From Planctomycetota bacterium (lineage in GTDB: Bacteria > Planctomycetota > JAJSAM01 > JAJVHW01), in assembly GCA_021776825.1 (NCBI GenBank), contig JAJFFG010000128.1, forward strand, positions 353-64,352: a stretch of DNA of 64,000 nucleotides, written 5' to 3'. The position numbers and the translations under genes were made by a program. This document shows positions 46,885 to 59,385 of this stretch, piece by piece; positions within the stretch are counted from its first letter, which is position 1; every line of letters starts with the position of its first letter. Below the pieces are notes generated by a model. The model was given only the letters and a program-made list of their open reading frames with translations. It had not been told where the DNA came from and made no database searches.

Positions 46885-47804
46885 GCCGTCTCCGGCGCCG
46901 CCACAGCCCGCAGCGCGTCGCGCATCTCGACCGCCGCCGCGTGGACCGAGTCGCGCCACCGGGCGTCGCCGAACCGCTCCGCGTGGTCGCCCTTCCGGAA
47001 CGCGAACGAGATCCCGCGCGAGGAGTTCACGACGGCGCCGAGGCCGTTCGCCCCGAAGCCCGCGCGGCAGTCCTCGGCGCCGCCGCCCTGCGCTCCGTAT
47101 CCGGGCACCAGCAGCGGCGTGCGGGGCATGAGTGCGCGCAGGCACGCCAGCTCCTCGGGGTACGTGGCGCCGACGACGGCGCCGACGGCCGTCCAGCCGT
47201 CCTCATCCAAGGGTGTCTCGTCACCGATGTCGCGCACGGCGGCGGCGACCCGTTCATGCAGTGGGGCCTGCCCGCCGTGGTCGTCGACCGTCTGCCGACC
47301 CTGGAAGTCCGCCGACCCGGGGTTGCTCGTCTTGACCAGCACGTAGATGCCCTTCCCCGCGTCGCGACATCGGTCAAGGAAGGGTGCGAGGGTGTCCAGG
47401 CCGAGGTACGCATTGACCGTCAGCGCATCCGCTTCGACCACATCGAAGTGAGCCTGAGCGTAGGCCTCGGCAGTGCTCCCGATGTCGCCGCGCTTCGCAT
47501 CGGCGATCACGAGCAGCCCGCGCTCCCGCGCCGCTGCGACCGTGCGCTGGTAGGCGCGGACTCCGGCCCACCCCTCCGCCTCGAAGAACGCCACCTGGGG
47601 CTTCACCACCGGAGCCAGCGGCGCGACCACATCGAGAAGCTCGCGAGCCCAGAGCTCGATCGCCTCCGCGCGGGCCTCGGCGGAGCCCTCGCGGCCGGTT
47701 GTGAACTCAGTCGGAAGCATGGCGAAGCGGGGGTCGATGCCGACACAGACGGCAGAGCCCTTCTCGCGGGTGGCGGCATGGAGTCGGGCGGCGTAGCTCG
47801 TCAC
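46881..47804 (-). CDS. pyrF: Orotidine-5'-phosphate decarboxylase
   Basis: CVGIDP, KPQVAFFE, DAKRGDIGSTA, VKTSNPGS, GAVVGAT, PGYGAQGG, NSSRGI. Confidence 0.95.
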   Translation of the reverse strand: MTSYAARLHAATREKGSAVCVGIDPRFAMLPTEFTTGREGSAEARAEAIELWARELLDVVAPLAPVVKPQVAFFEAEGWAGVRAYQRTVAAARERGLLVIADAKRGDIGSTAEAYAQAHFDVVEADALTVNAYLGLDTLAPFLDRCRDAGKGIYVLVKTSNPGSADFQGRQTVDDHGGQAPLHERVAAAVRDIGDETPLDEDGWTAVGAVVGATYPEELACLRALMPRTPLLVPGYGAQGGGAEDCRAGFGANGLGAVVNSSRGISFAFRKGDHAERFGDARWRDSVHAAAVEMRDALRAVAAPETA

Positions 47805-48517
47805 GTGATCTCTCCGGGGGCGTCGGCGGGTGGGGGAATGACCGTCTGTGGGGGGATGACTGCCTGTGGGGGGATGACAGCCTGTGAGGGGATGACTGGG
47901 GTTCCGAGGCTGGCGGGGGTCGGACGTTCCCGCGCGGCGTGCTCGAGGAAGCGCGCGAGGAGGGCGGGGCCGTCAGGGGTCATGAACGACTCGGGATGGA
48001 ACTGCACTCCCGTGATCGGGAGCTCGCGGTGGCGGAGAGCCATCAACTCGGGGGCTGCCGAACCCGCACGCTCGGTCCACGCGCAGCGCTCCAGGCATGC
48101 TGGGAGGGGCTCCTCGACCACGAGCGAGTGGTATCGCATGGCGGTCAACGGTTGCGGCAGCCCGGCGAACAGGCCGCGACCGTCGTGATGGACCTCGCTC
48201 GTCTTGCCGTGCAGGAGTCGGTCGGCGGCGGCGACTCGCCCCCCGAACGCCACGCCGATCGCCTGATGACCGAGGCAGACGCCCAGCAGCGGGAGGCGCG
48301 CGGCGGCGGCGGCGCGCACCAGGTCGACGGAGATCCCAGCCTCCGCGGGCGTGCAGGGTCCCGGCGAGAGGAGGATCGCATCCGGGGCCTCGGCGAGCGC
48401 GGCGGGCACGTCCACGGCATCGTTGCGATGCACGACAACGGCGGCACCCAGGGACCTCAACGCTTGGACGAGGTTGTAGGAGAACGAGTCGTAGTTATCG
48501 ACGAGCAGGACGCGCAC
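47801..48517 (-). CDS. trpG: Anthranilate/aminodeoxychorismate synthase component II (glutamine amidotransferase TrpG/PabA)
   Basis: DNYDSFSYNL, SPGPCTP, GVCLGHQ, MRYHSL, VQFHPES; C-terminal VIPPQA repeat tail. Confidence 0.9.
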   Translation of the reverse strand: MRVLLVDNYDSFSYNLVQALRSLGAAVVVHRNDAVDVPAALAEAPDAILLSPGPCTPAEAGISVDLVRAAAAARLPLLGVCLGHQAIGVAFGGRVAAADRLLHGKTSEVHHDGRGLFAGLPQPLTAMRYHSLVVEEPLPACLERCAWTERAGSAAPELMALRHRELPITGVQFHPESFMTPDGPALLARFLEHAARERPTPASLGTPVIPSQAVIPPQAVIPPQTVIPPPADAPGEIT

Positions 48518-48556
48518 CGGCGCCGAGCATACGCCGCAAGGGTGGCGAGCCGGTGT

Positions 48557-50725
48557 TTATCGCGGCGCCGCGACGCGGGTCGGGAGCATCAGTGCGAACA
48601 CGCTTCCGGCCTTCGCGCCGGGCTCGTACCAGACCGTGCCGCCGAGTCGCTCGATCGCCAGGCGGGCCGTCGGCAGGCCGAGACCGAGGCCGGTCGGCTT
48701 GTCGGTGAGGATGTCCCCGAGCTGCTTGAACTTCTCGAAGATCACCGGCCGCAACGTCTCCGGCACGCCGGAGCCGGTATCCGCGATGGCGACGACGGCG
48801 GATTCCGACTCCGCGTAGATCGTGACGTGCACCTCACCGTCAGCCGGGCTGAACTTCGCCGCATTCGAGAGAAGGGCATCGAGCGCCTTGGCGAGCCAGC
48901 GATGGTCTGCCACGGCGGCCGGCATGCCCTCATCCACCCGCACGCGCACCTTGACGCCGCGCTCCTTGAACGCCGGCCGCTGGCGCCTGTACGCCTCGGC
49001 GAGCGCGTCGCGCAGGTCGACGTCCTCGAGCTGGAGCTCGAGGCGGCCGGACTCGAGGACGGACAGGTCGATGACGGACTGCAGGGTCTGCGTCAGGCGC
49101 CCGGACTCCTGCTGGATGATGGCGGCGAACTCCGCGCGGTCCGTGGCGGAGGCCGCGCCGTCATCGGCCGCGGTCGTCCCCAGGATCTCGGCGAACCCAT
49201 TGATCGACGTCAGGGGCGTCATCAGCTCGTGGCTCATCGACGCCAGGAAGTCGTCCTTCATGCGGTCGAGCTGCTTCAGCTCGCGGTTGGCCTGCTCCAG
49301 CTCCTGCGTGCGCTCGGCGACCGTGCGCTCCAGCTCGCGATTGAAGCCCTCGATCCGGCTGTAGAGCCGGACGTTCTCGATGGCGACCGCGGCCTGCGCG
49401 GCGACGGCACCCAGGAAGCGGAGCCGATCGTCACTCTCTGCTCCGCGCGCGCGAACCAGAAGGTAGGCGGTGAGCGCGCCGAGCACCTCGCCCTGGTGCA
49501 CAAGGGGAGCGACCAGCGCGGCCAACGGCCCGGGCTCGTCGACGCCAGGTGGCTGTAGGAGCGCCGGGTCCTCGGACGCCGTGATCATGAACGGATCACC
49601 GGCCAGAACGCGCTGCACGAGCGCCGGCTCGGCACCGCCGCGACGCGCGATCGGGTCCTGAGAGAACCCGCGAACGAGTCGCTCCTCGAGGCGTCCGCCG
49701 TCGCGGTCGAGGAGCAGCACGCTCCCGTGCGTGGTGCCCACCGTCTTGGTCGCCTGTTCGAGAACCCGCTCGAGGAGCCGGTCGCTGTCGAGCTCACTGG
49801 CGATGACGACGCCCGTCGCATGCAGCCCAGCGAGGTGATTGACGTGATCGGAGAGTTGGGTGCGCGTCTCGTTCAACTCGGTGAGCAGTCGAGCGGACTC
49901 CATGTTCGTCTCGACGGCCCGCTCGAGGAGTTCCTCGACGTCGGGCACCTCCTGCTCACCCGTGACGGTGGCCACCTCGATGACCGCCGGTCGGCGCGCG
50001 GTGAAGGCCGCCGCCCCGGCCAGCGAGTGGGGCGCGGGGACGTCGGCGGGATGGGCGCCGCCGAGGCGCTCGTAGTCCTCGCGGAACTCGCCGAAGCGCT
50101 CTGCGACGTTCGCCGCGAGCACCGTCGGGTCGGCCAGGCGATGCTCTGTAGCCAGCCGCACCAGCATGTCGCCGGTGAGACTCGAGAACGCCTCGAAGAC
50201 ACCCTCACCCGTCGTCGCGATGGTCGCGATGTCCGACACGCCGGCCGGGTTCAACGCCTCGCGTAGGTGCTCGACCGGGACCGGCGCGGGGACGTCGCGC
50301 TTGTTGTACTGAATGAAGATCGGCACGATCCGGCGGTCGATGCCGTTCACCTCGAGGTTCTCCTCGAGGTTGCGCAGCGCCACGATGTTGTCCTCGAAGG
50401 CTTCCGGGCGTGAGTCGGCGACGAAGATGATCCCGTCGGCGCCGCGCAGCACGTAGCGACGGGTGAGCGCGTACTTGACCTGGCCGGGCACGGTGAACGC
50501 CTGCAGCTTCACGTGGAAGCCGCCCAGGGACCCGAGCGGGATCGGCAGGAAGTCGAAGAACAGGGTCCGGTCGCCCTGGGTGTTCAGCGAGACGAGCTCG
50601 GTGCGGCCCTGCGGATCGATCACGCGGTGCACGTGCTTCAGGCTGGTGGTCTTGCCTGACAGCGCCGTGCCGTAGTAGACGATCTTCGCGTTGATCGTCC
50701 GGTCCCGCAGATTGATGAGGCTCAT
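48557..50725 (-). CDS. MglA-type small GTPase - GAF - histidine kinase fusion protein (~722 aa)
   Basis: N-terminal MSLINLRDRTINAKIVYYGTALSGKTT, DRTLFFDFLP, TVPGQ, QYNKRD, ATTGEG (MglA G1-G5); GAF; HisKA SHELMTPL; N box LSNAAKF; DTGSG; IFEKF; GLGLGL. Confidence 0.92.
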   Translation of the reverse strand: MSLINLRDRTINAKIVYYGTALSGKTTSLKHVHRVIDPQGRTELVSLNTQGDRTLFFDFLPIPLGSLGGFHVKLQAFTVPGQVKYALTRRYVLRGADGIIFVADSRPEAFEDNIVALRNLEENLEVNGIDRRIVPIFIQYNKRDVPAPVPVEHLREALNPAGVSDIATIATTGEGVFEAFSSLTGDMLVRLATEHRLADPTVLAANVAERFGEFREDYERLGGAHPADVPAPHSLAGAAAFTARRPAVIEVATVTGEQEVPDVEELLERAVETNMESARLLTELNETRTQLSDHVNHLAGLHATGVVIASELDSDRLLERVLEQATKTVGTTHGSVLLLDRDGGRLEERLVRGFSQDPIARRGGAEPALVQRVLAGDPFMITASEDPALLQPPGVDEPGPLAALVAPLVHQGEVLGALTAYLLVRARGAESDDRLRFLGAVAAQAAVAIENVRLYSRIEGFNRELERTVAERTQELEQANRELKQLDRMKDDFLASMSHELMTPLTSINGFAEILGTTAADDGAASATDRAEFAAIIQQESGRLTQTLQSVIDLSVLESGRLELQLEDVDLRDALAEAYRRQRPAFKERGVKVRVRVDEGMPAAVADHRWLAKALDALLSNAAKFSPADGEVHVTIYAESESAVVAIADTGSGVPETLRPVIFEKFKQLGDILTDKPTGLGLGLPTARLAIERLGGTVWYEPGAKAGSVFALMLPTRVAAPR

Positions 50726-50824
50726 GAGTTCTCGTAGGTCTGGTACCCGGGGCGGCGAAGACACCACCTCGGTTCCATATCGAGACGGCACCCACTCGCG
50801 CTTGAGGCGCGGCGAGGACCCCCG

Positions 50825-52018
50825 ATGAGCACCACGCCCGCGCGAGAGCGCTACCTGGACCACAACGCCTCTGCTCCGCTGCTCCCCGAGGCTCGCGAAG
50901 CGCTCCTGCGGTCGCTCGAGCTCGGTCCAGGAAACCCGTCGAGCGCGCACGCGGCCGGTCGGCGGCTGCGGAGCGCACTGGAGTGTGCCCGGGAGGAGAT
51001 CGCCGAGCTCGTCGGCGCCGACCCTCGCCAAGTGGTTCTGACCTCCGGCACAACGGAGTCCAACGTCCTGGGGGTCCGTGGTGCGCTCGGCGCCCATCCC
51101 GGCCCCGGTCGCGGACTCGTGACGACCGCCGCCGCCCACGCGTCGCTCCGTCAGCTCGCGGACCGTCTCGCGCTGGAGGGCGTGCCCGTCCAGGAGGTGG
51201 GCGTCAGCCCGACGTTCCGGCACGATCCGGACGACATCGGGCGGGCAGCGCGTGGAGCGGCGGTCGTGGCGTTGACGCTCGCGGAGTCGGTCACCGGCAC
51301 CCTGCAGCCAGTCACCGAGTCCGCGGCGCGGGCGCGGGCGGCCGGAGCACGGGTCCACGTCGACGCGGCACAGGCCGTGGGCCGCCTCCCCGTCTCGCTC
51401 GCCAGCACCGGAGCGGACCTACTCGCCATCTCCTCCCACAAGATCGGCGGCCCGGCCGGGATCGGCGCGCTCATCGTCGCCAATGACGTTCCGATCGCCA
51501 GTCCGGCGGGTCTCGGCGCACAGGAGCGGGGACGTCGACCAGGAACGGAGTCGGTGGCGCTGGCCGCCGCCTTTGGCGCCGCCGCGCGCGTCGTCGCGGC
51601 GCGCCGAGACGAGTCCGCGCGACATACTCGAGACGTCCTCGCGCCACTGCGTGACTACGTCGACGTCGCACCGGGGGCCGCGTGGTGCACACCCCGCGAC
51701 GCGCTGCCGAACACGGCGCTCATCACATTCGCCGGGTGTCCGGGGGAGGCCATCCTCGCCGCACTCGATGGACGCGGAATCCGGGTCTCCACGGGATCGG
51801 CGTGCGCCAGCGGAGCGCGCACTGCGCCACACGTGCTGCTCGCCGCGGGGTGGACGGCTGCGCGGGCGAGCGAAGCTGTGCGCGTCTCTGTCGGGTGGAG
51901 CACGCAGCGCGAGGACGTCACGGCGTTGGTCGGTGCGTTGCGCGATGTCACGGCGACGGTGCGCGGTGCGTTCGCCGTCGCCGACGTCGGCCCCGAAAAA
52001 AGTTTGCCAAATCCATGA
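50825..52018 (+). CDS. iscS: Cysteine desulfurase (IscS/NifS family)
   Basis: YLDHNASAP, GNPSS.H, TSGTTESN, HVDAAQ, SSHKIGGP (PLP lysine), STGSAC (catalytic Cys). Confidence 0.9.
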   Translation: MSTTPARERYLDHNASAPLLPEAREALLRSLELGPGNPSSAHAAGRRLRSALECAREEIAELVGADPRQVVLTSGTTESNVLGVRGALGAHPGPGRGLVTTAAAHASLRQLADRLALEGVPVQEVGVSPTFRHDPDDIGRAARGAAVVALTLAESVTGTLQPVTESAARARAAGARVHVDAAQAVGRLPVSLASTGADLLAISSHKIGGPAGIGALIVANDVPIASPAGLGAQERGRRPGTESVALAAAFGAAARVVAARRDESARHTRDVLAPLRDYVDVAPGAAWCTPRDALPNTALITFAGCPGEAILAALDGRGIRVSTGSACASGARTAPHVLLAAGWTAARASEAVRVSVGWSTQREDVTALVGALRDVTATVRGAFAVADVGPEKSLPNP

Positions 52019-52096
52019 CGTCCGAAGAGGCGCGATCTCGCTGAGATGCAGGGTTCATCTAGGTGTTGGGCGAATCGCATCTCTCTCGTGCGCCCT

Positions 52097-52124
52097 TTGA
52101 CACCGCTCGTCGTGTGGCTATATT
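52097..52124 (+). promoter_or_regulatory. Putative sigma-70 promoter of dnaA
   Basis: TTGACA (52097-52102), 16-nt spacer, TATATT (52119-52124) in an unusually AT-rich patch upstream of dnaA. Confidence 0.65.
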
Positions 52125-52318
52125 TGTCCTTCCCCAACGCGGTGGCGCACAGCGACTCCGGCAGGAAGGCGCGGCGCGGAACGGGCTCCATCGCGAGTGA
52201 TCGTGATGCTCATTTGGCGGCTTGAGGTATGTCCCGATTCGAAGTGCAATGCACTCCGTCTCGTGACGCAACGCGACAGCCCGACAACGGTTCGGGCGGC
52301 GGGAGGAACGCTGGGCGA

Positions 52319-53761
52319 ATGGCGGGTGAGAACGCCGGCACCGGCTCTGGTCGCACGATCCTCGAGATCGTCCGCGAGCGCGTCTCGCGGCAGCAGTTCC
52401 AGACCTGGTTCCGTGACCTCGATCTGTCGCGCATCGACGGCAAGACGTATGTCTTCTCCGCGCCGAACGCGTTCGTGAAGCAGTGGATCGAGAGCTACTA
52501 CCTCGACGCCTTGCGTGACGCGGTCGAGGCGACGGCTGGCATGCCCCACGATGTCCGCGTGGACGTCGGTGATGACGCTCTTCCCACGCCGGCTGAGCGC
52601 CGCGAGCGGCGTCCTCGCGCCGAAGCGGCGCCAGCGACCCCCGTCCGCCCGGCCATCCCGGCGGCGCCCCGCATCACCACCCGTCGCCACGGCGCCGAAC
52701 TCTTCGGGCACCCCCGCTATCGTCACTTCCTGTCGGACGTGATCCTGAACGACGACTACGTCTTCGAGAACTTCGTCGTCGGGCCGAGTAATCACCTCGC
52801 CCACGCCGCGTCGAGCGCCGTCGCGAACGCGCCGGGTGACGCCTACAACCCGCTCTTCCTGCACGGCGCCGTCGGCCTCGGTAAGACACACCTGCTCCAG
52901 GCGCTCTGCCACCGCGTCCTCTCGAAGCGCCCCGACGCGAAGATCATCTACCTCTCCTGCGAGTCGTTCGTGAACCAGTTCATCGCCGGCGTCGCGGAGG
53001 GGGGTCTCCAGGACTTCCGCTACCGCTACCGGCACGTGGACATGCTGCTGATCGACGACATCCACTTCCTCGCGCGGAAGGAGCGGACGCAGGAGGAGTT
53101 CTTCCACACGTTCAACACGCTCTACAACTCGAAGAAGCAGATCATCCTGTCGTGCGACAGCCCGCCACGGGAGATCCCGACGCTCGAGGACCGCCTCGTC
53201 AGCCGGTTCAAGTGGGGCCTGGTCACCCAGATCCTCGAGCCGGACCACGAGACGCGTGTGTCGATCGTGCGACAGAAGGCCCAGCGTCGCGGCTACGAGT
53301 TGCCGGACGACGTGACCGACCTCATCGCGGACCACATCACCGCCAATGTCCGAGAGCTCGAGGGTGCGGTCCTCCGCGTCTCGAGTTACGCCTCGCTCTC
53401 CGGTCGCCCGCTCACGCTCGAGCTGGCGCGGGAGGCTCTGCGCGACCTGATTCAGCCGAAGACGCGCAAGGTCACGATCGAGACCATCATCCGTGTCACG
53501 TCCGAGCACTTCGGTGTGAAGCCGTCCGAGATGATGGGCAAGCGGCGACACAAGTCGATCTCGCGCCCGCGTCAGATGGCGATGTACCTCGCCCGCCGCA
53601 TGACGGATCACTCGCTCGTCGAGATCGGGGCTCACTTCGGTGGCCGTGACCACACCACGGTCATCTACGCGAACGAGAAGATCGCGCGCGAACTCGAGAC
53701 GCTTCCTCGCCTGAAGGAAGACCTCGAGATCGTCATCCGCCGGATTCGCGCGGGAGAGTAG
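52319..53761 (+). CDS. dnaA: Chromosomal replication initiator DnaA
   Basis: FENFVVGPSN, YNPLFLHGAVGLGKTHL, LLIDDIHF, QEEFFHTFN, NVRELEG, RQMAMYL, FGGRDHTTV. Confidence 0.98.
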   Translation: MAGENAGTGSGRTILEIVRERVSRQQFQTWFRDLDLSRIDGKTYVFSAPNAFVKQWIESYYLDALRDAVEATAGMPHDVRVDVGDDALPTPAERRERRPRAEAAPATPVRPAIPAAPRITTRRHGAELFGHPRYRHFLSDVILNDDYVFENFVVGPSNHLAHAASSAVANAPGDAYNPLFLHGAVGLGKTHLLQALCHRVLSKRPDAKIIYLSCESFVNQFIAGVAEGGLQDFRYRYRHVDMLLIDDIHFLARKERTQEEFFHTFNTLYNSKKQIILSCDSPPREIPTLEDRLVSRFKWGLVTQILEPDHETRVSIVRQKAQRRGYELPDDVTDLIADHITANVRELEGAVLRVSSYASLSGRPLTLELAREALRDLIQPKTRKVTIETIIRVTSEHFGVKPSEMMGKRRHKSISRPRQMAMYLARRMTDHSLVEIGAHFGGRDHTTVIYANEKIARELETLPRLKEDLEIVIRRIRAGE

Positions 53762-54229
53762 TGGTCAAGGCCCCAGTCGCCCGCGTCGGTCGACGCGGGC
53801 GGTATGGCGCCTTCCACCGGCGACGCCACAAAGTTATCCACCACGTAAGTCAATCCGATAGAGCGACTTACGTGTCCTTCTCGAGCACCGACCCCACCAT
53901 GTCTCCACCGGTCACGGACACGTTGTGCCCGGCGCCGCCCGCGACGGCTTCCGCCCTGTGGGAAGTGTCTTCGGAAGGGTCTTTGGGGCTGGGTAGAATC
54001 GTCCATCTGTCCACAGGCGTGACGCGCCCTCGCCAACTCTCGGTCAAGTCGGCACAGTTCGTCCGCTTGCCTTCCACCGTGGACAACTCGGTGGAGAAAC
54101 GGATCGGGGGCACGGGTCTGGCCTCGTGTCGCCTCTCTGAGCACTGTGGATCCCCAACATCCACCGACCATATGAATACGATTACAGAACAAGAACCCCT
54201 CATAGGAGGGGCTCGTGGAGAGAACTCAG
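53762..54229. other. Probable replication origin oriC (dnaA-dnaN intergenic)
   Basis: About 460-bp gap with DnaA-box-like 9-mers TTATCCACC (53834), CTGTCCACA (54007), TTGTCCACG (54078-54086, -), TTCTCCACC (54090-54098, -); 10-bp inverted repeat 53842-53874; A-periodic AT-richer stretch 54170-54195. Confidence 0.8.
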
Positions 54230-55332
54230 ATGCGCTTTACCTGTGATCGCGATGATCTCCTGAAGGCAGTCCAGTCGGTGTCGGGTGTCGTGGCGAGTAA
54301 GGGCGTCCACCCCGTCTACGAGAGCGTTCAGATCACCGCCGAAAACGATGCCCTCACGCTCTCAGCCACTGATCTGGAGATCGGCATGCGTGTGCATGTC
54401 GGCCCAGGCGAGTCGCTCCGCATCGAGCGACCGGGCACCGCGGTTGTGCCGGCCCAGCGTCTGGGCGCCATCTGCCGCGAGCTCTCCAAGGGCGAGCTGA
54501 TCTTCGACTGGGACGCCGAGCGTCGCGAGTGCACGCTGCAGGCGGGAAGGGGACGCTTCCAACTGCAGGGCCCCTCGCCCGAGGACTTCCCGGAGATCCC
54601 GGACGTCGGCGGAGCCGAGGAGGTCGCGATCAACGCGGGCGTGCTGCGCCAGATGATCAAGCGCACTGCGTTCGCGGCGGCCAAGGAGCGGATGCGCTTC
54701 GCGCTGAACGGACTGCTCCTGAAGGTGGAAGGGGAGTCCCTCGAACTCGTCGCCACCGATGGACGACGCCTGGCGGTGGACCAGGGAGCGTGCACGAACC
54801 CCGGCGGTGTCTCACTGCGCGCGATCGTTCCGACGAAGGGCCTGCAGCAGTTGGACAAGGCGCTGAGTGATCCCGCCTCGAGCGTCTGGATCTCGATCGG
54901 CAACAACCACTTCCGCGGCCGTACCGAACGAGTCACGGTGGTCTCGCGTCTCGTCGAGGGAAGCTTCCCTGGCTACAAGGAAGTCATCCCCGCGAACTGC
55001 TCGCACGGAGCGACCATTCCGCGCGACGAGTTGGTCTCCACGTTGCGCCGAGCGTCGCTCGTGACGAGTCGTGACGCCCAATGTGTGCGCCTGCGCTTCC
55101 ATACTGAGGGCCTGACGGTGTCTGCGCGCTCCGCCGAGGGTTCGGCCGAGGAGACGCTTTCGTGCGCGTACGAGGGCGAGGAGGAGCTGCTGGGGTTCAA
55201 CCCGGACTTCCTCCTCGAGGCGCTCGCCGTCCTGCCCGCCGGAGACATCGCGTTCGCATGGAACGGCAAGGCCTCTCCGGGCAAGATCACGGAGGGGTCG
55301 TACACGTACGTTGTGATGCCCGTCAGCATCGA

Positions 55333-55336
<4 letters not shown>
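54230..55336 (+). CDS. dnaN: DNA polymerase III beta sliding clamp
   Basis: ATDLEIG, EDFPEIP, R.ALNG, VATDGRRLA, SRLVEGSFP.Y, GFNPDFL, YVVMP; alternative GTG start at 54215. Confidence 0.97.
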
Positions 55337-58289
<2,953 letters not shown>

Positions 58290-58444
58290 CCCGGATCGTC
58301 CACGCGGGCGTCGCGAGACCGCGTGAGCACCGCCGTTCGCGCAGAGTTCCGCATGCTGCGCTCAGGCTCCCGCCGCTCGGCGTCCGATAGGGGTGAGACG
58401 GTCGCGGTCTCCGTTGGGACCGCCTCACCCTGCCGAGCCCACCC

Positions 58445-59296
58445 ATGTACCGACGCCACCTCGAGAAGCTCGCCCGAACCCGCCTCGATGATGTCCTCCT
58501 CGACGAGGGCCTGATCGAGCGTTCGCATATCGAGGACGCTCAGGCCGAGCAGGAGATGACTGGGAACCAGTTGTCCCACGTGCTCTTCGAGCGCGAGGCG
58601 CTGGATGAGTGGGAGCTCGCGAAGATCGTCTCGACGCACTACTCGTTGCCGTTCATCGACGTCTCCAACTACGCCATCCCTCGCCCGGCGGTGGACCTGC
58701 TCCCCCGCGAGTTCTGCGAGAGCTACAGCATCGTGCCGATCGACGTGTTCGGCGAGGCCATGGCCTTGGCTGTGTGCGAGATGCCGTCGCCCGAGCTGCT
58801 CAAGGAGATCATCGAGCGATCCAAGCGGACGCCGTTCCTCTACGTCGCCGTGCGGCGAGCCATCCATGACGCGCTCAAGGACCAGGCCAAGGATGCGGCG
58901 AAGGCCGCGAAGCGTCGGCCGAAGGCAGCCGTGAAGCCAAAGCCGGTCCCGGTCGAGAAGCCGACCGAAGCGACGGCCGTGGCCGTCGCCGAACCGGAGC
59001 CGCAGATCGAACTCGTGACGCCCTCTGAGCCAGAAGCGCCCGCGCCACCGCGACGCGTGACGGCTCCGCTCGGAGAGCTCCCCCCGATCACGATGAAGCT
59101 CGGTTCCTCGATGCACGGACCGTCGGCGGCAGCGCCGGTGCGGACCCCATCGGCGAAGCCGGTCGTCTCGAGGTTCGGTGGCGGGGCGAAGAAGAAGCCA
59201 GCGGCGAAGACCGCGAAGACCGGGAAGCCTGGGGAGCCCGGCGACGGAAGCTGGGAGTCGATCTTCGACTTCGGCGACGACGCCATCGGCAAGTAG
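58445..59296 (+). CDS. Stand-alone GspE/PilB N-terminal (MshEN / T2SSE_N) domain protein with disordered tail
   Basis: RLDDVLLDEGLI....I..A..EQ...G..L..VL; 'YSLPFID.SNY.I...AV.LLP..FC....IVP'; no ATPase domain. Confidence 0.75.
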   Translation: MYRRHLEKLARTRLDDVLLDEGLIERSHIEDAQAEQEMTGNQLSHVLFEREALDEWELAKIVSTHYSLPFIDVSNYAIPRPAVDLLPREFCESYSIVPIDVFGEAMALAVCEMPSPELLKEIIERSKRTPFLYVAVRRAIHDALKDQAKDAAKAAKRRPKAAVKPKPVPVEKPTEATAVAVAEPEPQIELVTPSEPEAPAPPRRVTAPLGELPPITMKLGSSMHGPSAAAPVRTPSAKPVVSRFGGGAKKKPAAKTAKTGKPGEPGDGSWESIFDFGDDAIGK

Positions 59297-59385
59297 CCGG
59301 TCGCGCTAGGAGTCCGTCCCGGTCGACTCGTCGGAGCGGCCACTCCGCCCAGGCACGCCGTCCGCCGCATTTGTCAGGCTCGAGG

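Noticed and set aside
50726..51358. N-terminal extension of the 933-aa GTPase-kinase ORF
   Set aside because: Overlaps iscS on the opposite strand; MglA homology starts exactly at Met 50725
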